Positions 7,991 to 17,979 are shown, counted from the first letter of the stretch. The stretch: DNA of 64,000 bases from a virus (IMGVR_UViG_3300008963_000001:64678-128677); one strand, 5' to 3'. Made by a program: numbers and translations. Notes: a model not told the origin generated them from the letters alone.

Positions 7991-8815
7991 ATGTCAGACA
8001 AGACACTTGAACAGATGCTAGAGCATCTTGTAAACGACGAACAAGACAAAGCGGAAGAGCTTTTCCACGAGTATGTGGTAGCTAAGTCGCGCGAAATTTA
8101 TGAAAGCCTAATCGAAGCAGAAGAGGGCGAATTCGAAGAAGAAGTCGAAGAAGCTGCTAATGATGCAGATGAAGACGAAGACGACAAAGACGAGGAAGTC
8201 AAAGAAGAAGACATGATGGATCTTCCAGACGAAGAAACAGGCGACCTCGAAGACGAAATCACAATCGATGATGAAGAAGGCGAAATGGACGATGAAGAGG
8301 GCGAAGAAGATCCTGAAGAACTCTTCCAAGACCTTGAGTCTATTGTAGACGAACTACAAGCCAAGTTCGACGAACTCAAAGGCGAAGAATCCGAAGAAGA
8401 GCCCGAAATGGACGCAGACATGGAAATGGATGCTGAAGAAGAAGGTGAAGAAGAAATGGAAGGCTTTGCAAGTGAAGAAGATCAAGCTTTCGAAGCAGAA
8501 CTTGCACAGGTACGTGAATACGTAGAAAAGATGGACGGCAAAGGTGCTTCCAGTTCTGAAACAGAAGCAGACAATACAGATTCTGTAGTCGACAACATGA
8601 AGAACGACATGGGCGGAACAACCGAAAACATCCTCAGCGGCGGCGAGGGTGAAACAGGCGGTTCTTCAGAAACACCAAAAGACATGAACACAGGTAATGT
8701 CAACAAAGTTGGTGGAACAAAGTCGTCTAGCATGTATGGCAAAGCGCCAGCAGGTGCAGACAGCAAAGAATCCGGTGCAGACAACACCGACAGCGTTCTC
8801 CGTAGCAAGCGATAA
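7991..8815 (+). CDS. Very acidic prohead core/scaffold-like protein
   Basis: D/E-dominated low-complexity 274 aa, immediately before the protease. Confidence 0.6.
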   Translation: MSDKTLEQMLEHLVNDEQDKAEELFHEYVVAKSREIYESLIEAEEGEFEEEVEEAANDADEDEDDKDEEVKEEDMMDLPDEETGDLEDEITIDDEEGEMDDEEGEEDPEELFQDLESIVDELQAKFDELKGEESEEEPEMDADMEMDAEEEGEEEMEGFASEEDQAFEAELAQVREYVEKMDGKGASSSETEADNTDSVVDNMKNDMGGTTENILSGGEGETGGSSETPKDMNTGNVNKVGGTKSSSMYGKAPAGADSKESGADNTDSVLRSKR

Positions 8816-8825
8816 GGAAATTTAG

Positions 8826-9452
8826 GTGAAACAAACTCTTGCAGAACATTTGAGTTTCGACCAGGCTAAGATTGTCTTGGAGCGACAAGAAGAGGAAAAC
8901 GGCAAATCTCTGTATATGAGCGGTATTTGCATACAAGGTGATATCCGCAATCAGAACCAGAGAGTTTATTCTTCTCGTGAAATTGGCAAGGCTGTTGAGT
9001 CGCTCAACGAACAGATCTCTGGAGGATATTCAGTCTGTGGAGAAGTTGATCACCCTGAGGATTTAAAAATCAATTTGGATAGAGTCAGTCACATGATTAC
9101 TAACATGTGGATGGATGGTCCAAATGGCTACGGAAAACTCAAGATCCTCCCGACTCCCATGGGGCAACTAGTGCAAACCATGCTGGAGTCGGGTGTGAAA
9201 TTGGGTGTTAGTTCGAGAGGAACAGGAGAAGTAGACGGCGACGGCAATGTAAGCGGTTTCGACATTGTAACTGTTGATGTTGTAGCACAACCGTCTGCTC
9301 CGGGTGCATACCCGACAGCAGTTTATGAACACCTTATGAACGAAAAAGGTGGATACAAGGCAGTGCAAATTGCACATGAAATCAAAGGCGATCCAAAGGC
9401 ACAAAAATATATAGCAGAGAGTCTGAAAAATATTATTTCGGGGCTCAAATAA
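8826..9452 (+). CDS. gp21: Prohead protease (T4 gp21-like), GTG start
   Basis: NQNQRVY, GEVDHPE, RVSHMI, LGVSSRGTG, TVDVVAQPSAPGAY. Confidence 0.95.
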   Translation: MKQTLAEHLSFDQAKIVLERQEEENGKSLYMSGICIQGDIRNQNQRVYSSREIGKAVESLNEQISGGYSVCGEVDHPEDLKINLDRVSHMITNMWMDGPNGYGKLKILPTPMGQLVQTMLESGVKLGVSSRGTGEVDGDGNVSGFDIVTVDVVAQPSAPGAYPTAVYEHLMNEKGGYKAVQIAHEIKGDPKAQKYIAESLKNIISGLK

Positions 9453-9466
9453 AGTAGGAGAATCAC

Positions 9467-10555
9467 ATGCTAGATTTTGTACAAAACCTATTAGAAAATG
9501 ATGTGATTTCCGAAGAAATGAAATCGGAAATTGAATCTGCTTGGCAAAACAAGATTCAAGAAAACCGTGATCAAGTCAGCGCAGAACTTCGTGAAGAGTT
9601 TGCTCAAAAATATGAGCACGACAAAGCCGCGATGGTAGAAGCAGTCGAAGCAATGCTTGAAGAGCGTCTTCAAACAGAGCTTGGAGAATTTGCAGAAGAC
9701 CGTCAAGGACTAATCGAAGCACGTGCCAAATACGTTGAGAAAATGAAATCAGATTCTCAAGCATTTGAATCGTTCTTGCTCTCCAATCTCAAAAACGAGA
9801 TTGCAGAACTTCATGAAGATAAAAAGCGAATTGCAGAAAATGTCAATAAGCTAGAACAGTTTATTGTGGACTCATTAGCGAAAGAAATCGCAGAATTCCA
9901 GTCCGACAAACAAGATCTTGCAGAAACCAAAGTTCGTTTGGTTAAAGAAAGCAAGGCCAAGTTTGAAGAAGTCAAAAAAGACTTTGTTAATAAGTCAGCC
10001 GAAGCAGTTAAGGAAACAGTATCGAAAGGTCTGCGTTCTGAAATGACTCAGCTGAAAGAAGACATTGAAGCAGCTCGCAAAAATGACTTTGGTCGTAGGA
10101 TCTTTGAAAGTTTTGCAAGTGAATATGCAACAAGCTATCTCAACGAGAAGAGCGAAACTGCTAAACTAATGAAAGTTGTTCAGCAGAAAGAGCAAGAACT
10201 CGAAGAAGCAGCAAAAATTGTTGCAGAAAGTAAAAAAGAAGTAGAAAATCGTGAGCGTAAAATCAAGCAAATTAAAGAGTCAGCAGAAAGAAAAGAAGTT
10301 ATGAACGAGCTTCTTGGAACGCTGAATCGTGACAAGCGTGAAGTTATGTCAGAATTGCTAGAATCAGTGCAGACCGATAAACTACAAGCTACCTTTGAAA
10401 AGTATTTGCCAGCCGTTATGGACGGGCATACACCTAAGAAGAAGGAAGCGTTAACAGAGGCAAAAGAAGTTACAGGCGATAAACAGGCACAAACAGTCGA
10501 AGCGGAAAAGAAAACCGCTGACGTATATGACATCCGCAGGCTTGCGGGACTTTAA
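9467..10555 (+). CDS. gp22: Prohead scaffolding protein (T4 gp22-like)
   Basis: E/K-rich coiled coil between the protease and the major capsid gene. Confidence 0.8.
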   Translation: MLDFVQNLLENDVISEEMKSEIESAWQNKIQENRDQVSAELREEFAQKYEHDKAAMVEAVEAMLEERLQTELGEFAEDRQGLIEARAKYVEKMKSDSQAFESFLLSNLKNEIAELHEDKKRIAENVNKLEQFIVDSLAKEIAEFQSDKQDLAETKVRLVKESKAKFEEVKKDFVNKSAEAVKETVSKGLRSEMTQLKEDIEAARKNDFGRRIFESFASEYATSYLNEKSETAKLMKVVQQKEQELEEAAKIVAESKKEVENRERKIKQIKESAERKEVMNELLGTLNRDKREVMSELLESVQTDKLQATFEKYLPAVMDGHTPKKKEALTEAKEVTGDKQAQTVEAEKKTADVYDIRRLAGL

Positions 10556-10578
10556 AAGTTTTAAGGAGATATAGAAAA

Positions 10579-11750
10579 ATGTCACAACTACTCGAGTCAC
10601 GCTGGTCGGAAACCTAAGACGCACTTCTTGAAGGTCTCCAAGGCAACAAGAAGACAGTTATGGCAACAACTCTGGAAAATACCCGCAAGTATCTTGCAGA
10701 GAGTGCCACAGCTGGTGCTACTTCTTCCGGCAACGTAGCAACCCTAAACCGTGTAATTCTACCAGTAATTAGACGTGTAATGCCAACCGTTATTGCTAAC
10801 GAGTTGGTCGGCGTACAGCCAATGACTGGTCCAGTAGGTCAGATCCACACACTGCGTGTTCGTTATTCGGACGCATTTGACAGCACAAGTGGCACTGACG
10901 TAACAGCAGGCGAAGAAGCACTTTCGCCATTCAAGATTGCTGAAGGTTATTCCGGTGCAGCAGACGACAAGGCAGCTTCTACAGCCGCTCTTGAAGGTGT
11001 TGCTGGTAACAAGCTTTCAATTCAGATCTTGAAGCAGACTGTTGAAGCCAAAACTCGTAAGCTCAGCGCACGCTGGACTTTCGAAGCAGCGCAAGATGCA
11101 CAGGCTCAGCAGGGAATTGACGTCGAAGCAGAAGTAATGGCCGCGCTAGCGCAGGAAATTACTGCTGAAATTGACCAGGAAATTCTTGCTTCTCTAAGCA
11201 CGCTAGCTGGCACAGCCGCACTGACATATGATCAGGCTGCTGTTTCGGGTACTGCTACATTCGTTGGTGACGAGCACGCTGCACTAGCTGTTCAAATCAA
11301 CCGTGTTGCAAACTTGATTGCACAGCGTACACGTCGCGGTGCTGGTAACTATGCTGTTGTTTCGCCAACAACACTCACACTGCTCCAGAGTGCAACTACT
11401 AGTGCGTTTGCTCGTACTACAGAAGGCACTTTCGAAGCTCCAACAAACACCAAGTTCGTTGAACACTCAACGGTGCAATGAGAGTGTATGTAAACGGCTA
11501 TGCAACATCTGACGATGTATTGGTTGGTTACAAAGGTTCGACTGAATCAGACGCACCTGCGTTCTACTGCCCATACATTCCGCTGATGAGCAGTGGGGTT
11601 GTACTTGACCCAACTACGTTCGAGCCAGTCGTAAGCTTTATGACACGTTATGGTTATGTTGAGCTTACAAACACAGCGTCATCGCTAGGTAACGCTGCTG
11701 ACTACCTCGGCAAAGTTGCGGTTACTTCCAGCAACCTACGCTTTGCATAA
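10579..11750 (+). CDS. gp23: Major capsid protein (T4 gp23-like); interrupted as given by TAA at 10615-10617 and a 1-nt deletion near 11460
   Basis: MSQLLESRWSET*DALLEGLQG...RRVMPTVIANELVGVQPMTGPVGQI...KTRKLSARWTFEAAQD; the frame switches at TKFV/(G)TLNGAMRVYV...FYCPYIPL...FMTRYG. SD AAGGAG before 10579. Confidence 0.93.
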
Positions 11751-11772
11751 GTCTACACTTTGTGTAAACTGG

Positions 11773-11799
11773 AAAGGGCCTTTACAAGGCCCTTTTTTT
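11773..11799 (+). terminator. Rho-independent terminator after the capsid gene
   Basis: AAAGGGCCTT-TAC-AAGGCCCTTT followed by a T tract. Confidence 0.85.
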
Positions 11800-11815
11800 A
11801 TGCTTAAATATTCAT

Positions 11816-12094
11816 ATGAAGATAGAAAGCGATCAAGACTTCGACAAAATCGAACAGCATATTAGAAAGTATAAAAAAAATTTTCCTATTTTTATCAAAG
11901 ACATTAAAAAAATAGAAAATACAATCGAACAATATAAAAAAGACTATGGCAACTTCATGGTGGCGCATAGACAAAACAAAAATCGTGCCAGCCTCGAGCG
12001 TGCTCAAGAACAAATCAACAAAATCAGTCATCTGCTGGACATGCTAGATAAAATCGAACTGTTTGCCCTAATGGCCAAGCACGGATCTAGATAA
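11816..12094 (+). CDS. Small hypothetical protein
   Basis: 92-aa ORF; TAAATA (11805-11810)-ttcat-ATG, no SD. Confidence 0.7.
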   Translation: MKIESDQDFDKIEQHIRKYKKNFPIFIKDIKKIENTIEQYKKDYGNFMVAHRQNKNRASLERAQEQINKISHLLDMLDKIELFALMAKHGSR

Positions 12095-12186
12095 ATAAAA
12101 TTGTCTACAAGTGTGCCGCCTACCAGTGGTGGACTTATGCGGATACCCACCGCGTAGACCTAGAACGTCACAACAAGGAGAAACAA
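12092..12186 (+). promoter_or_regulatory. Late promoter box plus structured 5' leader (candidate cis-regulatory RNA)
   Basis: TAAATA 12092-12097; stems 12116-12120/12128-12132 and 12136-12142/12150-12156; alternative 12103-12108/12154-12159; SD AAGGAG at 12175-12180. Confidence 0.45.
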
Positions 12187-12630
12187 ATGGGACGCCCGAT
12201 ACAAAAAAGAAAAATTGGCGCAGGTGAAGCCAAAATACAAGTAACATCAGCTTATTTTACAGGTGATGGATCTGCCACCACAGGTGGTACTGCTACTCCT
12301 CTTTATATTGAGAGACAAAGAAGCTCGCGGAGATTTAAAGTAACACAGGTAGGAACTGGCAAGACCGAAGTTCTACTTATGACGCCAAAAGCAACTCCAG
12401 CAGAAGGCGAATTCAGCATTCAAATTACACTAGATAGTGTTGCAGATACAAATCTAGATGATTCGTCACTTTACTATGCATATCGTTTACACAATAGAAC
12501 CGTTAGTTGTTGCCCTGACGATGATGAGTCAAATATGATCCACCTTCCATATACATTACAAGACGGCGAAAATGATCAGGAACTGTTAGCTGACGGATTT
12601 ATTTTAGCAAACATTGACACGCAGGCCTAA
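12187..12630 (+). CDS. Putative virion structural protein
   Basis: 147 aa, strong SD, first gene of the baseplate/fiber operon. Confidence 0.6.
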   Translation: MGRPIQKRKIGAGEAKIQVTSAYFTGDGSATTGGTATPLYIERQRSSRRFKVTQVGTGKTEVLLMTPKATPAEGEFSIQITLDSVADTNLDDSSLYYAYRLHNRTVSCCPDDDESNMIHLPYTLQDGENDQELLADGFILANIDTQA

Positions 12631-12636
12631 TTGTAA

Positions 12637-13608
12637 ATGAGCAAGGTTATTCAAACCAACGGTGACTTTTCGATAAAGACATCGGATGCAGGAAACATAC
12701 TCCTCGACACTGGTCAAGGTGTCGGGGAGGTCCGCATCACTGGCAATTTGAATGTAGAAGGAGAAACTTTCACAGTTTCTGCAGAGAACTTAAACGTAGA
12801 AGACAACAGCATAGTTTTAAATTTTGGTGAAACAGGCGCTGGTGTAAGTTTACGTTATGCAGGAATCGAAATTGACAGAGGAAGTCTGCCTAATGCATCT
12901 ATAATCTTTGATGAAAACGACGATGTTTTTAATTTTGCAAAAGGATCAGCAGATACCGGAACGCTAGATTATGCCGACAGTAAAATAAGACTTAAAGAAA
13001 TATTAACTAATAGCACTACTGATGATGGAGATCTTATACTAATCGGAGAAGGCACAGGTGTAGTAAAAGTTTTAGGCACTAATAACTACGAAGATCAAGT
13101 TACACAAGACGACGATATTCCTAATAAAAAATACGTTGACGATGCCATTAGAAATAATCCAACCTTCCAGATTATTGACGACGATACTCGTGTTATAGTA
13201 ACAGATGTCGATGTAGCAGGATCTGAAGACTTTCTTTTGAATAATGTAGGCTACTCTACGTTTGGCGAGAGTGCTGTAAGTGTTGTGGTTAACGGCGGAT
13301 TAACTGCTCAATTCTATAGAGACTTTGTGCAGTTTCAAGACCTTGAATTTAATAAAAATGAAATTACAACCGCAGGAAATACAAACGACAATATCGTTGT
13401 GAGAACGCAGGGAACAGGTAAGCTGGAAACTAACTACGGACTACAGTTAGAAAAGTTAACACTGACGCCTGCGTTTGTTAATGGGTCTGTAATCTTACAC
13501 GCAAAAGATCCAGACATCGGAGACACTGGATTATATTTTTCAAACTCAAAAGAAACTGGAGAATTAGTAAACAAAAACAGGGCACTGCTTTTTAGTTTAA
13601 TATTTTAG
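12637..13608 (+). CDS. Baseplate wedge / fiber-like structural protein
   Basis: Beta-rich; GNLNVEGETFTVSAENLNVEDNSIVLN and AGIEIDRG motifs typical of fiber connector proteins. Confidence 0.55.
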   Translation: MSKVIQTNGDFSIKTSDAGNILLDTGQGVGEVRITGNLNVEGETFTVSAENLNVEDNSIVLNFGETGAGVSLRYAGIEIDRGSLPNASIIFDENDDVFNFAKGSADTGTLDYADSKIRLKEILTNSTTDDGDLILIGEGTGVVKVLGTNNYEDQVTQDDDIPNKKYVDDAIRNNPTFQIIDDDTRVIVTDVDVAGSEDFLLNNVGYSTFGESAVSVVVNGGLTAQFYRDFVQFQDLEFNKNEITTAGNTNDNIVVRTQGTGKLETNYGLQLEKLTLTPAFVNGSVILHAKDPDIGDTGLYFSNSKETGELVNKNRALLFSLIF

Positions 13609-13616
13609 GATAGATT

Positions 13617-13997
13617 ATGATATACAATAAATTGGTAACATCAACATCAACATCGGTTCCCGAACTTGTTTATACCAGCACAAATACCGGTGATACTGTT
13701 GCTAACGGAGCAACAGAACAGGAAAATGCCATAACAACGATGGTGCTGTGTAATACAGGCACGCCCGATATCACAGATGAAAGCGTCAACAGTGTAACTG
13801 TAAGCATTCACATTGTCAAAAAAGGTGATGCATATGGAGCCGAAAATAAAATTGTAAGCAATTTAATTGTTCCTGCAGGGGAAAGTGTGTTCTTTAGCGA
13901 CGAAAAAATTATACTAGACGGCGGCGACGAAATTTATGTAGGAACCAGCACTGCAAGTTTAATCAGTGTTATGGTAAGTTCGTTCAAGGTTAACTAA
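13617..13997 (+). CDS. Small beta-sandwich structural protein (family with 17980 and 32440)
   Basis: Shared pattern: ..LCN..V.V.I....IV....VP......EKIIL..G..I.V. Confidence 0.55.
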   Translation: MIYNKLVTSTSTSVPELVYTSTNTGDTVANGATEQENAITTMVLCNTGTPDITDESVNSVTVSIHIVKKGDAYGAENKIVSNLIVPAGESVFFSDEKIILDGGDEIYVGTSTASLISVMVSSFKVN

Positions 13998-13998
13998 T

Positions 13999-14526
13999 AT
14001 GAAGTTTTTAAAAAGCCAAAACACATCTAGATATAGCCCGTCAGACAACACTTTTTTTGCAAACCCATATGGACGAGTGGTTATAGATGCAAACGGCGGT
14101 TTACTTATACCTAAAGGAACAGAAGCACAACGCCCTGATCTGGTGGGGGTAAGACAGCCCGAAGATGCAAACGGAACTATTCGATACAATACAGATACTA
14201 ATGAAATCGAAGGGTATGTAGGCGGCGCATGGGAAACCATACGAGCACCGGGTGCTAGCACTATATCGATAGAAACATTTGGACCCGGCGATGCCGACGA
14301 AACTGTGTTTGGTCCGTTAGCTAATGTGCCATCTAGTGCAAACAACATAATTGTGTTGGTAGAAAATGTAATGCAGATTCCTACTACCAACTTTACTCTA
14401 GAACAGAGTGTAGGCGGAAGTCTTACGGGACCTAATGCACCATATGCAGACGGCTGGTATCTAAAATTTACATCCCCTGTTCCTTTCAGTAAAAACGTGA
14501 CGGTGTTTTTTGGATTCGCTAACTAA
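13999..14526 (+). CDS. Fiber/baseplate connector protein with Mtd_N-like motif
   Basis: LIPKGTEAQRP...GTIRYNTDTNEIEGY..GAW. Confidence 0.55.
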   Translation: MKFLKSQNTSRYSPSDNTFFANPYGRVVIDANGGLLIPKGTEAQRPDLVGVRQPEDANGTIRYNTDTNEIEGYVGGAWETIRAPGASTISIETFGPGDADETVFGPLANVPSSANNIIVLVENVMQIPTTNFTLEQSVGGSLTGPNAPYADGWYLKFTSPVPFSKNVTVFFGFAN

Positions 14527-16808
14527 TGGCACAGCAACTTGGTAGAATTGGAGGGCATCTACTTAATCCAAACCTTGTAAGAGAGGGGGTAGACCTTGCC
14601 TTTAAAAATACCTCGTTTGATTCCGAACCTATATTATTTTTAGATGTCGAAAATGGACGTGTGGGCATAAAAACTGACAGTCCCGTATATGACTTAGATA
14701 TTCGTACCGACATAAGCACTACTAATTTTGGCGCAACTGATCAAATGGAAATTGATCAAGTATATATCAATGCCGATGGTTTTTTTACAACAGGCACAGG
14801 TCCTTTACAGATCACCCCAAGCGGACCTGATCCTATAATTGTACTAGAGCGCCTTATCAGTGACAATATACAAATCACAGACAACAAAATTTCTACATTT
14901 GATAATTCGTCTGTAGAGTTTGACCCTAACGGTACAGGAACAATAGAACTACAAGCAGATGTCAATTTAGTAGGCAATATTTCTACAACAGAAAACATAA
15001 ACATTAACGGTGATCTTTCTACAGCCTCTAACATTATAATTGGTGATAGTCCACTAGACACCGTTACTATTACACCAGAATTAGAGCAAGGACTAACCAC
15101 CGGTTCTGATTTACAATTTAACTTAGGATCATCTTCGCGTCGCTGGGCAGAAATGTATTCTCCCGATATGACTAATATTGCTAATGTAAGACCAGAGGCA
15201 GCCCGCGTAAGTTCTCAAATGTTGATCGATGGTGTTAACAATGAAATTAATACGCTACAATCAAACGATAGTATAGATTTAATAACTGGTTTTCAAAATT
15301 TTGTAGTAGATGAAATTGTTAATCCTAATATTTTCGGAACAGAAGAAAACGATAATTTTGGGAGATCAGTAGACACAGTAGAACAATACTCTATAATCGG
15401 AGCGCCGAGCGAGGACGACGGTCTAGGTTTGTCTAGCGGAGCAGCTTACATTTTTGATAATTTTGAAAAAAGAATAAAACATAAGATTTCTAATCCTAAT
15501 GCCGAACGAACATCTAATTTAGATCGATTCGGATCGTGTGTAGCTATTAATAGCACCATATGTATTGTTGGCGCCCCTTTTGAAGATAGCCAAAACGGCA
15601 CTGGAAGTTTTGACGAAGGAAAAGCTTATATTTTTGATAATTTTAGCGGAGAATTACTTTTTACACTTAATCAACCTACAACTATAGTAACAGATCCTCA
15701 GGATAATTTTGGTTTTGATGTTGCATTAAATGAATCATATATTATTGTTAGTGCTCCCAAATTTAACAAAGACGGAGTTAATAGCGGCGCTGTTTTTTTG
15801 TTTAATACAAGCGGCGATCTTCTACATACATTTTTAAATCCAGACCACGATAATAATCCGTTAAACGATAGATTCGGAGAGTCTATAGCAATATCTAATC
15901 AATATGTAATAGTAGGATCGCCAAATGAAAATTCTAACGAAAGTAACAGCGGAAAGGTTTACATATTTGATTTAGAAACAAGATCTTTAATCCATTCTAT
16001 ATCTAACATAAATGCAATAGGCTCGGAACAAGATGATAAATTTGGATCCAGTGTAGCAATATCTGATGAATATTTTGTTGTGGGTTCTTACAATGAAGAC
16101 AATTATTCTGGAAGGTGTTATGTGTTCGAAACAAAGAATGGTAATCTAATACACACTCTTTCAAATCCTTTAGGATCTTTTGGAGCATTTTTCGGGTTTG
16201 ATGTAGATATCTCAAAAGATATAATACTAGTTGGTGCGTATAAGCAGAATGATTCTTCTATTATAGATAACGGAAAAGCGTTTGTTTTTAATGCGCGCAC
16301 AGGAAACCTATTATCGACAATTGACAATCCAAATCCAGTAGGCTCTGGAGATGAAGATTTTTTTGGAAGGGCTGTTTCAATATTTGTAGGTAATAATACT
16401 ACGAATAAATTTAACCAGTGTTTAATTGGTGCTGATCTAGCAGATAATCAACTACCAAATAGCGGCAAAACCTATCTCTTTACACAAAATAAATTTCCTT
16501 TGGAAATCGAGTCAACTACTTGGCTTAACAGCATCATAACAAACAATTTAAATACCCCCTTAACTCTAGCAAGCACCGGTATAGGATACACTAGGTTTAT
16601 AGGATCAAACGGAATGATAATTCCTGCAGGAACAAATGCGCAACGCCCTGCCGTACCTGAAATCGGAGACACTAGATGGAACACAGATGAACAATACCTC
16701 GAGTGTTTCGATGGTAGTGTCTATATTGTCTCTATCGGAGAAGGCGATCCTGTAACCGAAGCAGACATGGAAGATTTTGGAACAATCTACAGCCTCTTCC
16801 TAGGCTAA
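14526..16808 (+). CDS. Fiber-like structural protein with an inserted 7-bladed FG-GAP beta-propeller
   Basis: Seven FG-x-V-x(6-8)-IVGA repeats, each with G-x-Y/F-F/L-F motifs; N- and C-termini paralogous to 16924. Confidence 0.75.
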   Translation: MAQQLGRIGGHLLNPNLVREGVDLAFKNTSFDSEPILFLDVENGRVGIKTDSPVYDLDIRTDISTTNFGATDQMEIDQVYINADGFFTTGTGPLQITPSGPDPIIVLERLISDNIQITDNKISTFDNSSVEFDPNGTGTIELQADVNLVGNISTTENININGDLSTASNIIIGDSPLDTVTITPELEQGLTTGSDLQFNLGSSSRRWAEMYSPDMTNIANVRPEAARVSSQMLIDGVNNEINTLQSNDSIDLITGFQNFVVDEIVNPNIFGTEENDNFGRSVDTVEQYSIIGAPSEDDGLGLSSGAAYIFDNFEKRIKHKISNPNAERTSNLDRFGSCVAINSTICIVGAPFEDSQNGTGSFDEGKAYIFDNFSGELLFTLNQPTTIVTDPQDNFGFDVALNESYIIVSAPKFNKDGVNSGAVFLFNTSGDLLHTFLNPDHDNNPLNDRFGESIAISNQYVIVGSPNENSNESNSGKVYIFDLETRSLIHSISNINAIGSEQDDKFGSSVAISDEYFVVGSYNEDNYSGRCYVFETKNGNLIHTLSNPLGSFGAFFGFDVDISKDIILVGAYKQNDSSIIDNGKAFVFNARTGNLLSTIDNPNPVGSGDEDFFGRAVSIFVGNNTTNKFNQCLIGADLADNQLPNSGKTYLFTQNKFPLEIESTTWLNSIITNNLNTPLTLASTGIGYTRFIGSNGMIIPAGTNAQRPAVPEIGDTRWNTDEQYLECFDGSVYIVSIGEGDPVTEADMEDFGTIYSLFLG

Positions 16809-16822
16809 TTTTTCGATTAGAC

Positions 16823-16923
16823 TAAATACTATTGTCAGCAAAGACCAACGCTGACCTTTTACTGTGGTCAACCCGCAATGTAAGGTGGTTGGAGGGACAA
16901 GATCCCCGTGGTAAGGAGAGCGA
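16823..16923 (+). promoter_or_regulatory. Late promoter box plus leader with H-type pseudoknot potential
   Basis: TAAATA 16823-16828; S1 GTCAGC 16834-16839/GCTGAC 16850-16855; loop GACCA 16843-16847 pairs with TGGTC 16865-16869; SD AAGGAG 16913-16918. Confidence 0.45.
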
Positions 16924-17976
16924 ATGGCTATTGGTCGTATTAGTGGTCCGCTCTTAAAAGCAAATCTCGTCCGCGACGGGATTGATCTAGCTTTTGAGAA
17001 CGATCTACTCTATCTTGATGTAAACAATGCTCGCATTGGAATTAATAATTCCAGTCCAGCCACAGATTTGGATGTCATAGGCACAGCACGTGCAACAACA
17101 ACCGTAGTAGACAACGAAGTCCAAGTAGGTAATCTTACTGTATTTGGCAACACAATACAGAGTGACTTAAACACTATAAGTTTTCAACCAAGCGGTGATG
17201 ATCCTGCTGTTTATAATGCCAAACTACAAGTAGATGATTTTCAGATACAAGGAAACAAAATTTCAACTTTTGTTTCTAATTCTAACATCGAAATAGAGCC
17301 AAACGGAACAGGAACTATCGAGTTTATCGGCAATACAAACATTACCGGTAACTTAGGTGTAACCGGATCTGTTACGGCAACAGGCAATATAACAATACTA
17401 GGCGATATTACTATCGGTGATGAAACTACCGACACGATCGAATTTAACGCCAGCATTCAAAGCGATATAATACCAGAAGAAGACAACACTTATAGCATAG
17501 GTAGTCCTACAGCAAGATGGTCTACAATACATACTAACGATCTTTTTGCCGACTTTTTAAATTTACCAGAATTAGATATTGGAAATTTAGAATTTAGAGA
17601 CACGTCGATAACTACTACCGTAAACGATTCGATTTATATAGACGGTAACGGCGTAGGCGGAGTTCGTTTAGCTAATTTTGAGATAGTAGGAAACAAGATT
17701 ACAAATGTTTCCAATAATGCAATTACGCAAATTGCACAAACAGGAACGGGTTATTTTAAAATTGGTACAACTAATGGTTTTGTGCCGCCAAGAGGCGGAA
17801 ACGAAACAAGACCTACAGCTTATGCTGTTGTAGGTATGACAAGGTACAACACCGATTCAAATGCATTAGAAGTGTGGGATGGCAACGCATGGGCAAGTCC
17901 AGCAGGTGCGTCCGGTGCTGTGTCTGAAATTCAAGCAAACGACATTGCTGCAACATTTGCGCTAACCTTAGGATAA
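16924..17976 (+). CDS. Fiber-like structural protein, paralog of 14526 without the propeller
   Basis: MAIGRISGPLLKANLVRDGIDLAFE...RIGINNSSP; C-terminal RP...GMTRYNTDSNALEVWDG. Confidence 0.7.
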   Translation: MAIGRISGPLLKANLVRDGIDLAFENDLLYLDVNNARIGINNSSPATDLDVIGTARATTTVVDNEVQVGNLTVFGNTIQSDLNTISFQPSGDDPAVYNAKLQVDDFQIQGNKISTFVSNSNIEIEPNGTGTIEFIGNTNITGNLGVTGSVTATGNITILGDITIGDETTDTIEFNASIQSDIIPEEDNTYSIGSPTARWSTIHTNDLFADFLNLPELDIGNLEFRDTSITTTVNDSIYIDGNGVGGVRLANFEIVGNKITNVSNNAITQIAQTGTGYFKIGTTNGFVPPRGGNETRPTAYAVVGMTRYNTDSNALEVWDGNAWASPAGASGAVSEIQANDIAATFALTLG

Positions 17977-17979
17977 AAA

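Noticed and set aside
8098-8808. Ser-rich minus-strand ORFs opposite the acidic core protein, and similar antisense ORFs throughout the track (e.g. 4652-5185, 49933-50469, 57906-58250)
   Set aside because: They are shadow frames of biased + strand codons (GAA/GAT giving TTC/ATC/TCN), with no SD, promoter or recognisable motifs.
10660-11750. Treating ORFs 10660-11481 and 11478-11750 as two genes
   Set aside because: They are consecutive parts of one gp23-like sequence, and the true start with SD is at 10579.
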